The notes beneath the pieces are model-generated. The model was not told the origin of the DNA and made no database searches. It saw only the letters and a list, made by a program, of their open reading frames with translations. Both the position numbers and the translations under genes were made by a program. A DNA stretch of 64,000 nucleotides. Source: an uncultured Gemmatimonadales bacterium. GTDB lineage: Bacteria; Gemmatimonadota; Gemmatimonadetes; Gemmatimonadales; Gemmatimonadaceae. Shown one piece after another: positions 13,053 to 22,691 of the stretch. How positions within the stretch are numbered: the stretch's first letter is position 1; every line of letters starts with the position of its first letter. The DNA is taken from positions 256,001 to 320,000 of the forward strand of contig CAWBZV010000002.1 in assembly GCA_963793305.1 (NCBI GenBank), written 5' to 3'.

Positions 13053-13411
13053 TGGGTAGAATCGGGATTCCCAAGACCCGCGAGGAATATCGCTATCGCC
13101 GGCACCTCCGCGTACGGAAGAAGATCTCCGGCACGCCGGACCGGCCGCGCCTCGTCGTGTACCGCTCGCTCAAGCACATCTACGCCCAACTCGTCGATGA
13201 TGCCACGCAGCGCACCCTCATGACGGTGTCGAGTAGCAGCATCGATGAGGGCAAGAAGACGGAGAAGTCGACCGAGGTCGGCAAACGACTCGCCGCCAAG
13301 GCGAAGGAAGCCGGCATCACCCGCGTCGTGTTCGATCGCGCGGGGTACAAATACCATGGCCGCGTCAAAGCGGTCGCCGACGGCGCCCGCGAGGGCGGTC
13401 TGGAGTTTTAA
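13052..13411 (+). CDS. rplR: 50S ribosomal protein L18
   Basis: RPRLVVYRS and [13 protein letters not shown]. Confidence 0.99.
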   Translation: MGRIGIPKTREEYRYRRHLRVRKKISGTPDRPRLVVYRSLKHIYAQLVDDATQRTLMTVSSSSIDEGKKTEKSTEVGKRLAAKAKEAGITRVVFDRAGYKYHGRVKAVADGAREGGLEF

Positions 13412-13414
13412 ACG

Positions 13415-14284
13415 ATGTCTGAATCGCAATCAGGTGGAGGTCCCCCGCGTCGTCCGTCGGGGAGCGGCCCGGGACGCCCAAGTGGCGGTGGCCCCCCCCG
13501 CCCAGGTGGCGGCGGTGGTGGTGGTCCGCGCCGTCCGGGTGGTGGCGGCGGAGGCGGTGGTGGTCGCGGCGGCGGCGGTGGTCGCGGCGGCGGTGGTGGT
13601 GGCCGTGGCCGCGGCGGACCTGGGGGCGGTCAGGGCGGTCGCGGGCGCGGTCCGGGTGGCCCAGGCGGTGGTCCTGGTGGTCCCGGAGGCCCTGGCGGTC
13701 GCGAAGGCGATGCGCGCCGGTCTCGGGACAGCCGCGCCAGCGGCTCCGTTGAGAGTGGAGGTCGCGAAGGCGGCGATCTGTTGGAAAATGTCATTGCGAT
13801 CAATAGAGTGGCGAAAGTCGTGAAGGGTGGTCGTCGCTTCTCGTTCAACGCGCTCGTTGCCGTCGGTGACGGCCAGGGTCGCGTTGGGTTCGCGACTGGC
13901 AAGGCGAACGAAGTCTCGGAGGCCGTCCGGAAGGCGGTCGACGCGGCGCGCCGCCGCATGGCCAACGTTCCGCTGACCGGTGGCACGATCCCACACGAAG
14001 TCGTGGGCGAGCACGGTGCCGGTCGCGTGTTAATGAAGCCCGCGGCGCCTGGTGCGGGTGTCATCGCCGGCGGCGCCGTACGCGCGATCATGGAGTGCGC
14101 CGGTATCACGGATATCTTGACCAAGAGCCTCGGGTCTACGAATCCGCACAACATGGTGTTGGCCGCGCTCGATGGCCTCTATCACCTGACGACCGTCGAA
14201 GAGATCGCGCGCGAGCGCGGCATCGACATCGCGTCGCTCGGCTACAAGTCGAGAGCCAAGGGCAAGGAGGCGGTGCATGGCTAG
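13415..14284 (+). CDS. rpsE: 30S ribosomal protein S5 with a ~120-aa Gly/Arg/Pro-rich N-terminal extension
   Basis: [16 protein letters not shown] and [13 protein letters not shown]-rich N-terminus. Confidence 0.98.
   Translation: MSESQSGGGPPRRPSGSGPGRPSGGGPPRPGGGGGGGPRRPGGGGGGGGGRGGGGGRGGGGGGRGRGGPGGGQGGRGRGPGGPGGGPGGPGGPGGREGDARRSRDSRASGSVESGGREGGDLLENVIAINRVAKVVKGGRRFSFNALVAVGDGQGRVGFATGKANEVSEAVRKAVDAARRRMANVPLTGGTIPHEVVGEHGAGRVLMKPAAPGAGVIAGGAVRAIMECAGITDILTKSLGSTNPHNMVLAALDGLYHLTTVEEIARERGIDIASLGYKSRAKGKEAVHG
13432..13700 (+). repeat. Low-complexity GGN codon repeats encoding the Gly-rich S5 extension
   Basis: Runs such as ggtggcggcggtggtggtggt and repeated ggtcgcggcggcggc, in frame with rpsE. 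Confidence 0.8.
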
Positions 14285-14525
14285 AACATTCGTCTGGCAT
14301 CCGGGACGTGGCCCAGCCAAGACCGAAAAGGCCATCACCGACGCCAAAACGGTCGAGATCCGCCAGGTGCGCTCCGGCATCGGTCACTCCTCCCGTATGC
14401 GGGCGACGCTCGAGGCGATCGGCCTCAAGCATCATCAGGACGTGGTCATCAAGCCATTTACGCCTTCCTTGGCCGGGCAACTCAAGCACGTCCGGCATTT
14501 AGTTTCGGTAAAGAAGCATGACTGA
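14277..14525 (+). CDS. rpmD: 50S ribosomal protein L30
   Basis: IRQVRSGIG...TLEAIGL...HVRHLV; between rpsE and rplO. Confidence 0.93.
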   Translation: MARTFVWHPGRGPAKTEKAITDAKTVEIRQVRSGIGHSSRMRATLEAIGLKHHQDVVIKPFTPSLAGQLKHVRHLVSVKKHD

Positions 14526-14979
14526 GCATATTGGTCTCGACTCGCTGCACCCGGCGCCCGGCTCGCATCGCAACCGGAAGCGCATCGGCCGTGGTCCAGG
14601 CTCCGGAACCGGCAAGACCTCGGGGAAGGGCCATAAGGGCATCAAGGCCCGCGCAGGGCATCACGGACCCGGTGGCAACAAGCCACATTTCGAGGGTGGC
14701 CAGATGCCGCTGACCCGTCGTGTCCCCAAGCGCGGCTTCACGAACCCGTTTCGTGAGGAGTCGCAGGTGATTCGGCTCGATGCACTGAGCCGGATCCCCG
14801 AGGGCACGGAGGTGACGCTGCAGGCGCTCGTTGAGGCCGGGCTGGCGAAAGCGTCCAAAGGCGCGCCGAAGATTCTGGCCACCGGCGAGCTCGCCCGCGC
14901 GGTCACCGTCCGCGGTGTCCGAATGAGCGCGGGTGCGAAGGAGAAAATTCTCGCGGCCGGAGGCCGCGTAGAGGAGTAG
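14518..14979 (+). CDS. rplO: 50S ribosomal protein L15
   Basis: RIGRGPGSGTGKTSGKGHKG and FEGGQMPL. Confidence 0.99.
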   Translation: MTEHIGLDSLHPAPGSHRNRKRIGRGPGSGTGKTSGKGHKGIKARAGHHGPGGNKPHFEGGQMPLTRRVPKRGFTNPFREESQVIRLDALSRIPEGTEVTLQALVEAGLAKASKGAPKILATGELARAVTVRGVRMSAGAKEKILAAGGRVEE

Positions 14980-14983
14980 TCAC

Positions 14984-16318
14984 ATGGCTCAGGCAAATCC
15001 GGCCGCGGCGATCGCCAACGTCTGGAAGACAACGGAGCTGAAGGACAAGATCCTGTTCACGCTCCTGTGCCTCGTCATTTATCGACTGGGCGCGCATGTC
15101 ACGGCGCCCGGGATCGATGTCGTCGCGCTGACCGACTTCTTCGCCAATCAAGGGAAGGGCGGGCTGCTCGGCCTCTATGACTTGTTCGTCGGCGGCGGCC
15201 TGTCCAAGGCCACCGTCTTCGCCCTCGGCATCATGCCGTACATCTCGGCCAGCATCTTCATTCAGATCGCGGGCGCCGTCATCCCGCAGGTCGACAAGAT
15301 GCAGAAGGACGAGGACGGGCGGAAAAAGCTGACCCAGTACACGCGGTATATCACCGTCGCGCTGGCCATCGTCCAGGCGTACGGGTTCGCCCTGTTCACC
15401 GAGTCCCTGCAGGGCGCCGTGCTCCATCCGGGCATCGCGTTCCGGATCCAGATGGTCCTCTTCCTGACGACCGGCGCGATCTTCGTGATGTGGCTCGGCG
15501 AGCAAATCACCGAGCGCGGCGTCGGCAACGGCGCGAGCTTGATCATCTTCTTCTCGATCGTCGAACGCTTCTGGCCCGGCATCTTCGACACGGCCAAGTA
15601 CGTCAACACGGGTGCGACGAACGTCGTCAAGCTGCTCGTGCTCGGCGTCCTCATGGTCGGCGTGGTCGCGGGCGTGGTCGCGATTACCGTGGCGTCGCGC
15701 AAAGTCCCGATCCAGATCCCGCAGCGTACCATGGCCCGCGGGCGGATGCGAGAAGCCGCGAAGAACTTCATCCCGCTCAAGATCAATTCGGCGGGCGTCA
15801 TGCCGATCATCTTCGCCCAGTCCGTGGTCGTCGTGCCGGGCGCGATCGCGCAATTCAGCGGGCTCCAGGCCGCGCGCGATTTCGCCGACTACTTCCAGCC
15901 CACCTCGATTCTGTACTTCGTGCTCGAGGCGGTGCTCATCGTCTTCTTCACGTACTTCTATACGTCGATCATCTTCAACCCGATCGACCTGGCCGAGAAC
16001 CTCAAGAAGCAGGGCGGCTTCATTCCCGGCGTCAAGCCCGGCACGAAGACCGCCGAGTACATCGACGAAGTCATGTCCCGGATCACCCTGCCGGGCGCGC
16101 TCTTCCTGACGTTCATCGCGCTCCTGCCGTCGTGGATCATCACCAGCATCAACGTCCCGTTCCGTTTCGGCGGAACGTCGCTCTTGATCGTGGTCGGCGT
16201 CGCGCTGGATACGATCACCAACATGAACCAGCACTTGCTGCTCCGGAAATACGACGGGTTCATGAAGAAGGGCCGCATTCGCGCGCGCGGCAGCGTTCCA
16301 ACGCCCGGCGGCTATTGA
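14984..16318 (+). CDS. secY: Preprotein translocase subunit SecY
   Basis: FALGIMPYISASI, WLGEQITERGVGNG and GGTSLLIVVGV. Confidence 0.99.
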   Translation: MAQANPAAAIANVWKTTELKDKILFTLLCLVIYRLGAHVTAPGIDVVALTDFFANQGKGGLLGLYDLFVGGGLSKATVFALGIMPYISASIFIQIAGAVIPQVDKMQKDEDGRKKLTQYTRYITVALAIVQAYGFALFTESLQGAVLHPGIAFRIQMVLFLTTGAIFVMWLGEQITERGVGNGASLIIFFSIVERFWPGIFDTAKYVNTGATNVVKLLVLGVLMVGVVAGVVAITVASRKVPIQIPQRTMARGRMREAAKNFIPLKINSAGVMPIIFAQSVVVVPGAIAQFSGLQAARDFADYFQPTSILYFVLEAVLIVFFTYFYTSIIFNPIDLAENLKKQGGFIPGVKPGTKTAEYIDEVMSRITLPGALFLTFIALLPSWIITSINVPFRFGGTSLLIVVGVALDTITNMNQHLLLRKYDGFMKKGRIRARGSVPTPGGY

Positions 16319-16320
16319 TC

Positions 16321-16977
16321 GTGGCGGTTGCCGCGGACAGTCAGCTCGTCGTGTTGCTGGGTCCCCCCGGCGCGGGCAAGGGGACCCAGGCTCAGCTCCT
16401 GTCCGCGGCGCTCGGCATCCCGCAGTTCGCCACTGGCGACATCCTGCGCGCGGCCGCCAAGGCTGGGACACCCTTAGGGCTAAAGGCCAAGGGGTTCATG
16501 GACTCCGGCGCGCTCGTCCCGGATGACGTGATCCTCGGGATCATGCGGGAGACGCTATCGTCTCCTCAATCCACCCGCGGCGCGATCCTGGACGGCGTCG
16601 TCCGCACGGTGCCGCAGGCCGAGGGCCTCAATACGATGCTCGATGGCCTGCATCGGCCCCTGAATGCCGTACTGCTGTTCGATGTGCCCGAGGAGGAGCT
16701 CGTCCGCCGGATCTCTAGCCGGGTGGTGTGTGAGGGTTGCCAGACGCCGTACATGGGCCGCGATCCAGGCGCAGCCTGCGAGAAATGCGGCGGCCGCTTG
16801 GTGCGGCGCAAGGACGATGAACCGGAAGCGGTCCGCAATCGCCTCGCCGTGTACGAGCGCCAGACCGCCCCGGTGATCGCATGGTACCGCTCACACGGCG
16901 TGCCCGTACGCGAGATCGACGCCGTCGGCGCCGTAGACCAAGTCCAGCAGCGCGTGCTCCACGCGCTCGGCCGATGA
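16321..16977 (+). CDS. adk: Adenylate kinase
   Basis: GPPGAGKGTQA P-loop, Cys4 lid and RRKDD. Start is GTG 16321 or TTG 16315. Confidence 0.97.
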   Translation: MAVAADSQLVVLLGPPGAGKGTQAQLLSAALGIPQFATGDILRAAAKAGTPLGLKAKGFMDSGALVPDDVILGIMRETLSSPQSTRGAILDGVVRTVPQAEGLNTMLDGLHRPLNAVLLFDVPEEELVRRISSRVVCEGCQTPYMGRDPGAACEKCGGRLVRRKDDEPEAVRNRLAVYERQTAPVIAWYRSHGVPVREIDAVGAVDQVQQRVLHALGR

Positions 16978-17726
16978 TCCAACTCAAGTCGCCACGCGAA
17001 ATCGAGATCATGGCCGCGGGCGGCCGGATCCTCGGCGCGACCATCGAGCTCTTGACGTCGCGCGTCATCCCGGGCATCTCGACGGGCGAGCTCGATCAGA
17101 TCGCCGATGAGTTCATTCGGAGCCACGAGGGCGCGGTGCCCGCGTTCAAGGGCTTGTATGGATTCCCCGGCAGCGTCTGCCTCTCGGTCAACCAGGAGAT
17201 CGTGCACGGCATCCCGTCGCCCAAGCGTGTGTTGCGCGAAGGGGACATCATCTCGCTCGACGTCGGCGTGAAGTACCAAGGATTCTATACCGACGCCGCG
17301 GCGACCGTGCCGGTCGGACGGGTCAGCGACGAGACGCAACGGCTTCTCGATGTCACGCAGCAAGCGCTCGCGGCCGGCATTGCGGCGGCCCAGCTCGGCA
17401 ATCACACCGGCGATATCGGCGCGGCGATCTTCGATGTCGTAGAGCGAGCGCACTTTACGGTCGCGAAAGATCTCGTCGGGCACGGCGTCGGCGTCGAGCC
17501 GCACGAGGAGCCCCAAGTGCCGAACTTCGGCAAGCCGAAACGCGGCACGAAACTCGTCACCGGCCTCACGATCGCGATCGAGCCCATGGTCAACATCGGC
17601 CGCGCCGACACGCGCACGCTGTCCGACAAATGGACCGTCGTCACCGCCGACGGCACCCGCTCGGCCCACTTCGAGCACACGGTCGCCGTGACCGACAACG
17701 GCCCCCGGATACTCACGGCCGCATGA
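16974..17726 (+). CDS. map: Type I methionine aminopeptidase
   Basis: HGIP, DVG, GHGVG, HEEP, AIEPM and AHFEHT. Confidence 0.98.
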   Translation: MIQLKSPREIEIMAAGGRILGATIELLTSRVIPGISTGELDQIADEFIRSHEGAVPAFKGLYGFPGSVCLSVNQEIVHGIPSPKRVLREGDIISLDVGVKYQGFYTDAAATVPVGRVSDETQRLLDVTQQALAAGIAAAQLGNHTGDIGAAIFDVVERAHFTVAKDLVGHGVGVEPHEEPQVPNFGKPKRGTKLVTGLTIAIEPMVNIGRADTRTLSDKWTVVTADGTRSAHFEHTVAVTDNGPRILTAA

Positions 17727-17783
17727 CGCCGCTCCGCGGCGCGTCAATGCAGCGCTTCGCACTGCTCGACTGGTCTGTTCTCC

Positions 17784-17823
17784 TCCGGGGGGCAAACCCC
17801 AACTACGCCCCCCGGACCCCCCC
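17784..17823. repeat. Perfect 10-bp inverted repeat followed by a C run (REP-like or atypical terminator)
   Basis: TCCGGGGGGC (17784-17793), 13 nt loop, GCCCCCCGGA (17807-17816), then CCCCCCC. Confidence 0.5.
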
Positions 17824-17843
17824 AAAGCTGCTAACTGCTTCAA

Positions 17844-18419
17844 GTGATCACCACTTCACGCCTTGTTCTAAGGGAATGGCGCGATAGCGATCTCGAAGCG
17901 TTCACGGCGCTGAATGCCGATCCGCGAGTCCGCGAGTACTTCCCGTCGCTCATGACGCTGGCCGAGAGTCAGGCGAGCATAGACCGCATGCGCGCGCACC
18001 AGGCCGAGTACGGGTTTGGATTCTGGGCGATCGAAGCGCCGGGCGTAGCCGATTGCGTCGGCATGTGCGGCCTGGCTTGGGCGCGCTTCGAGGCCCACTT
18101 CACGCCATGCGTCGAGATCGGCTGGCGGATCGCCCATGAGCATTGGGGCCGCGGCTACGCCCCCGAGGCGGCCCGCGCTTCGCTCGACTACGGGTTCGAG
18201 ACGCTAGGCCTCGACGAGATCGTCGCATTCGCGGTCGTCGCCAACGCGAAGTCGCGCCGCGTGATGGAGAAAATCGGGATGACCTACGACCCCGCCGACG
18301 ATTTCGATCACCCGGGCCTCCCGCCGGGACACCCCCTCCGTCGACACGTCCTCTATCGCATCACAAATGGCGCTCGACGGACGCCGTCGCCAGCGCAACC
18401 GCACCAGCAGCAGCGCTGA
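17844..18419 (+). CDS. GNAT family N-acetyltransferase (RimJ/RimL-like)
   Basis: TSRLVLREW, VEIGWRI, HWGRGYAPEAA and NAKSRRVMEKIGM. Confidence 0.92.
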   Translation: MITTSRLVLREWRDSDLEAFTALNADPRVREYFPSLMTLAESQASIDRMRAHQAEYGFGFWAIEAPGVADCVGMCGLAWARFEAHFTPCVEIGWRIAHEHWGRGYAPEAARASLDYGFETLGLDEIVAFAVVANAKSRRVMEKIGMTYDPADDFDHPGLPPGHPLRRHVLYRITNGARRTPSPAQPHQQQR

Positions 18420-19854
18420 CCGCCTCGTCGGCCTCTTGCACGAGTACCTCGCCAACCGAACGCTCCGGCAACGCGGCGACATTGATCCGCACATTGTAGG
18501 CGGCGCCGCGGCACGCGGCCTCGGCGAGCAGCGCCCCGACGCCGGCATCGGAGACCGCATTCGTGTTACCCTTGTCCGCGATGCGCGCCGCCAGCGCGGC
18601 GACCCGAGCCGCCGCGCGCGCGGTCTCGAGCGGCACGCGCGCCGCGCCGAGGAGTGCTTCGGTGATGACCTGCTGCCGGTTCGCGTCGGTCTTCGGCAGC
18701 TTGTAGGCGGCCGACACCGCACCGTAGGCCGCGGCGTCACGTTCGACGAGCTCCGCGAGTTGGCCGGACAGCTCGGTCGCTTGCCGCGCAATGTCTCGGA
18801 CCTCGGCGTCGACGGCCGCGTACTTGGGTCGGCCCACAGTCAGGCCAGCGACCATTTGCACCAGCGCTCCGGCGAGTGCCCCGACGTGCGCCACCACGCT
18901 GCCACCACCGGGTGTCGGAGACGGTCCGGCGACGGCCGCGACGAAGTCGCCAACCGAGGGGCCGCCCGAGACGGCCGCGCGCACCCGGCGCTCCAGCACT
19001 TGCTTGTCCGCATCGAATCCCTTGAGCTGCACGTGCCGCACGCCCGCGTCGAGCAGCGCACGCTCAGGGATGAGTCCGACGATTTCGCTCCAGGTCGGCA
19101 CGACGCCGTGCGCCGCGGCTTCAGTCCGTACGGTCTCGTAGGCCCGGAACATCGGCGTCTTATCAATGTCGACGAGGTTCATCGAGACTTGCGCCTGTCC
19201 GTCGACTTCGAGTCCGAGCCCTTTCACGTAGCGGAGCCCGCCGGATGAGCCACGCACGGCCTTCGCGACGTCTTTCGCAACTGATAGGTTGGACGCGGGA
19301 CCCAAATAGACGTTGTACGCCACGAGAAACGGCCGCGCCCCGATAGCGACCGCGCCGGCCGTGGGATGGACCGCCGTCGGTCCAAAATCCGGCTGGCGCA
19401 TTTTCGTGCGCAGCCCCTCGAACTCACCGCGCCGCACGTCCGCCAGATTTTCATTCTCGGGTCGGGTCGCCGCCCGTTCGTAGAGAAACACGGGGATGCC
19501 CAGCTCTCGACCCACGCGCTCGCCGAGGCTTTTCGCCAGCGCGATGCACGTGTCCATGGGCACGCCGTCGAGCGGCACGAACGGCACGACGTCGGTGGCG
19601 CCCATGCGCGGGTGCTCGCCTTGATGCTGTGTCAAATCGATCAGCTCGCGAGCCGTACGAATACCGGCGAATGCTGCCTCGGCGACGCTCTCCGGTGGGG
19701 CAACGAACGTCAGTACCGTTCGATTGTGCGATGCGTCCGACGACACATCGAGAATCACGACGCCAGTAACGGCGGCGATCGCATCGCGGATCCGGCCAAT
19801 GACCTCGGGCCTACGGCCCTCGGAAAAATTCGGTACACATTCGACAAGTGACAT
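18361..19854 (-). CDS. ftcD: Glutamate formiminotransferase / formiminotetrahydrofolate cyclodeaminase fusion
   Basis: LVECVPNFSEGR, HPRMGATDVVPF, PTPGGGS and GNTNAVSD. Confidence 0.93.
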   Translation of the reverse strand: MSLVECVPNFSEGRRPEVIGRIRDAIAAVTGVVILDVSSDASHNRTVLTFVAPPESVAEAAFAGIRTARELIDLTQHQGEHPRMGATDVVPFVPLDGVPMDTCIALAKSLGERVGRELGIPVFLYERAATRPENENLADVRRGEFEGLRTKMRQPDFGPTAVHPTAGAVAIGARPFLVAYNVYLGPASNLSVAKDVAKAVRGSSGGLRYVKGLGLEVDGQAQVSMNLVDIDKTPMFRAYETVRTEAAAHGVVPTWSEIVGLIPERALLDAGVRHVQLKGFDADKQVLERRVRAAVSGGPSVGDFVAAVAGPSPTPGGGSVVAHVGALAGALVQMVAGLTVGRPKYAAVDAEVRDIARQATELSGQLAELVERDAAAYGAVSAAYKLPKTDANRQQVITEALLGAARVPLETARAAARVAALAARIADKGNTNAVSDAGVGALLAEAACRGAAYNVRINVAALPERSVGEVLVQEADEAVSAAAGAVALATASVERHL

Positions 19855-20678
19855 TAGATCGTTCCCACTCCCCTATCGCTGCTCGCACGCGTCAGCGTGT
19901 CGAGCAGCCACCGGTGCATGGTTGGATTGCCGGCAACGAGGCCGGTGTGAGTGACACGAGCGGGCGCGCCGGAGAGGTCGGTGACCACACCCCCAGCCTC
20001 GCGCACCAAGAGGAGCCCCGCCGCAATGTCCCACGGCGCGAGCTTGAGCTCCCAGAAGGCATCGAACTGCCCAGCCGCGACGTGCGCCAGATCGAGCGCG
20101 GCCGAGCCGGCGCGGCGCATGCCGGCGGTGTGACTTGCGACGGCGGCGAACTGTGGCAGGTATTCGTCGATCCGGTCCATACTGGAGAACGGAAATCCGG
20201 TCCCGATGAGAGCCCGCTGGGGGTTGGTAGTCAATGACACGTGAATCGGGCCGCCGTCCCGCTTGGCCCCGGAGCCAGCGAGCGCGGTGTAGGTCTCACC
20301 GGTGACGACGTGCCGCACGACTCCCGCGACCAAGTCGCCGTCCACCACCACACCAATAGACACGGCATATTCAGGAAAGCCGTGCAAGAAATTCGTCGTC
20401 CCGTCGAGCGGGTCGACGACGAACACGACGCCATGTTCTGGGCGCACTCCGGGCGATAGCTCCTCGCCGAGCACCTGGGCCTCGGGAATCTCGCCGAGCA
20501 ACATCGTGCGGAGCGCCTCCTCCGAGGCCCGATCGACGTCGCTCACGTAGTCCTGCGGCCCCTTCTGTTCCCATTGCAGCATGGCGAGCCCGCTCGCGCC
20601 GCGCCGGACGATCTCGGCGGCGGCGTGGGCTGCCCGTACCGCCAGGTCGAGGAGCGCGCTACTTTCGCCGGATGCCAC
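19854..20678 (-). CDS. suhB: Inositol monophosphatase family protein (SuhB-like)
   Basis: VDPLDGTTNF, RRAGSAALDL and PWDIAAG. Start is uncertain and overlaps the trpS start. Confidence 0.9.
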   Translation of the reverse strand: MASGESSALLDLAVRAAHAAAEIVRRGASGLAMLQWEQKGPQDYVSDVDRASEEALRTMLLGEIPEAQVLGEELSPGVRPEHGVVFVVDPLDGTTNFLHGFPEYAVSIGVVVDGDLVAGVVRHVVTGETYTALAGSGAKRDGGPIHVSLTTNPQRALIGTGFPFSSMDRIDEYLPQFAAVASHTAGMRRAGSAALDLAHVAAGQFDAFWELKLAPWDIAAGLLLVREAGGVVTDLSGAPARVTHTGLVAGNPTMHRWLLDTLTRASSDRGVGTI

Positions 20679-21670
20679 GGGTCTTCAGCGGGATCCAGCC
20701 ATCCGGTGAGCTCCACATCGGGAATTACCTCGGCGCGGTACGGAACTGGGTGGACGTGCAGCGTCGCTACGAGTCGATATTCTGTATTGTCGACTATCAC
20801 GCGATCACCGCTCCGTATGATCCGGCGGATCTTCGCCTCCGGACGCGGGATCTGGCGGTGTCGCTGCTCGCCGCCGGCATCGATCCCGACGCCGCGATCC
20901 TGTTCGCGCAGTCGTCGGTGCCGGAACATACCGAGTTGGCGTGGATATTCAACACGGTTACCGCGGTCGGCGAGCTCGAACGGCAGACGCAATTCAAGGA
21001 CAAGTCACAGCGGCAGGAGAGCGTCCTCGCCGGAGTGTTGAACTATCCGATCCTGCAGGCAGCCGACATCCTATTGTATCGTGCGGACACGGTTCCGGTC
21101 GGTGAGGACCAGGTCCAGCATCTGGAGCTGTCGCGCGAGATTGCTCGACGCTGGAACGCCCGGTTCGCCTCGCCGGATGCGCCGTACTTCCCCGAGCCGG
21201 CGGCGCTGCTCACCCCCACGCGCCGGATCATGGGGTTGGACGGTCAGGCGAAGATGTCGAAGTCCCTCGGCAACACGATCGGCGTCGTGGAGCCGCCTGC
21301 CTCGGTGTGGGAGAAGCTGCGGCCCGCGGTCACCGATCCGAATCGGGTGCGCAAGACCGACCCTGGTACACCCGAGGTCTGCAATATTTATCACTTGCAC
21401 CGAGCTTTTAACTCGCCAGCTGTCGTGGACAATGTCGCGACCCGCTGTCGAAGCGCCGGTTGGGGATGCATCGATTGTAAGCGGGTGCTGTTCGAGGGGA
21501 TCGAAACCGCGCTGGCCCCGATTCGCGCGCGGGCCGAAGAGCTGACCGCTCAGCCCAAGATCGTCGATGAGGTGCTCGGCGACGGTGCGAACCAGGCGTC
21601 GGCCATCGCGCGTACGACCATGGCCGAGGTGAAATCCCTTATGGGACTCAAGGTTTACGGCGGAATCTGA
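20672..21670 (+). CDS. trpS: Tryptophan--tRNA ligase
   Basis: FSGIQPSG, HIGN, YPILQAADIL and KMSKS. Confidence 0.98.
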   Translation: MPRVFSGIQPSGELHIGNYLGAVRNWVDVQRRYESIFCIVDYHAITAPYDPADLRLRTRDLAVSLLAAGIDPDAAILFAQSSVPEHTELAWIFNTVTAVGELERQTQFKDKSQRQESVLAGVLNYPILQAADILLYRADTVPVGEDQVQHLELSREIARRWNARFASPDAPYFPEPAALLTPTRRIMGLDGQAKMSKSLGNTIGVVEPPASVWEKLRPAVTDPNRVRKTDPGTPEVCNIYHLHRAFNSPAVVDNVATRCRSAGWGCIDCKRVLFEGIETALAPIRARAEELTAQPKIVDEVLGDGANQASAIARTTMAEVKSLMGLKVYGGI

Positions 21671-22691
21671 AGCCTCGGCCTGGATCTCCAGGCTCGCCGT
21701 ACATCCGAGGCCCGCGGGAGGCGAAGCCGAAGCGCGGGCCCGAGCCGTATGCGGCGCTCACTTGGCCTCCCTGGGTTTCTCCGTGCGCGAGGTGCCGTTC
21801 ACCTACGCCACGTGGCCGGGCCGCTGGGGCACACCTGTCGCGGGAATCGCCTGGATTGTGACGGTGCTGATAGCGGGGCGCTTTCCGGCTGCGTCATTGA
21901 CGGTGCTGATCGCCGGCGCCCTCGTCATTGCCTTGGGAGCGCGGTGGCTGCAGCGCGAGGGGGTGTCGAGAGGGAAGACCCCCGGCGTCAATCTCGAGGC
22001 GAAACGGGGCGAGCCAGCCATTTGGCTCGTCGCACACTTGGACAGCAAGTCACAGCCTATCCCCATTCTCGTGCGCGCGGCGGCAATCGTTGCCTGCATT
22101 CTCGTGTGGATGGTACTGGTGGTCCTATCTGCCCTACGGGTCGAGGGCCTCGCATGGCAGATCGCGACACTTGCCGCTGTCCTCGCGGGACTGCCCGTAG
22201 CGATCTCCACGGTCGGCAGCAAGTCCCCGGGTGCGCTCGACAATGCGACTGGCGTAGCCACCGTGTTGCTGGCCGCCGAGCGCGTCGACCGGTCAGTCCC
22301 GCTCGGGGTCCTGATCACGAGCGCTGAGGAGCTCGGGCTCGCGGGGGCGCGAGCGTGGGTGCGACGGCAGCCCGCGAAGGCTGCGGTCATCAACTGCGAC
22401 ACGATCGACGATCATGGTTATCTTACGATCATGCACTCGCACGGCCGGCCTGAACGGCTGATTCGGGCGTTCGAGCGGCGAGCCGTGCGGGCTCGGCGCG
22501 TGCTCCCTGGTATCCTCGTCGACTCCATCGCCTTTGCCGAGGCGGGCTGGGACGCGGTTACCGTGAGCCGCGGCACGCTCGCAACCTTGGCGAGAGTCCA
22601 CCGTCGCATAGACACACCCGAGGCGCTCAGGAGCGGCAGCGGTGTGGCCGGGGCTGCCGACGTTATCGCCGAGGCGCTGGTGCATGTTTGA
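21657..22691 (+). CDS. M28-family peptidase-like membrane protein (start uncertain)
   Basis: AHLDS, GALDNATG, SAEELGLAGA and INCD motifs. The frame is open upstream of TTG 21762 and encodes HPRPAGGEAE. Confidence 0.75.
   Translation, partial: TAESEASAWISRLAVHPRPAGGEAEARARAVCGAHLASLGFSVREVPFTYATWPGRWGTPVAGIAWIVTVLIAGRFPAASLTVLIAGALVIALGARWLQREGVSRGKTPGVNLEAKRGEPAIWLVAHLDSKSQPIPILVRAAAIVACILVWMVLVVLSALRVEGLAWQIATLAAVLAGLPVAISTVGSKSPGALDNATGVATVLLAAERVDRSVPLGVLITSAEELGLAGARAWVRRQPAKAAVINCDTIDDHGYLTIMHSHGRPERLIRAFERRAVRARRVLPGILVDSIAFAEAGWDAVTVSRGTLATLARVHRRIDTPEALRSGSGVAGAADVIAEALVHV

Noticed and set aside
13432..13700. CRISPR or mobile tandem repeat
   Set aside because: These are degenerate GGN codons in frame with rpsE, with no repeat-spacer structure and no cas genes.
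17723..17887. Small ORF coupled to map (MTPLRGASMQRF...) as rpmJ or infA
   Set aside because: It has no similarity to L36 or IF-1 and runs through the G/C hairpin into the GNAT gene.
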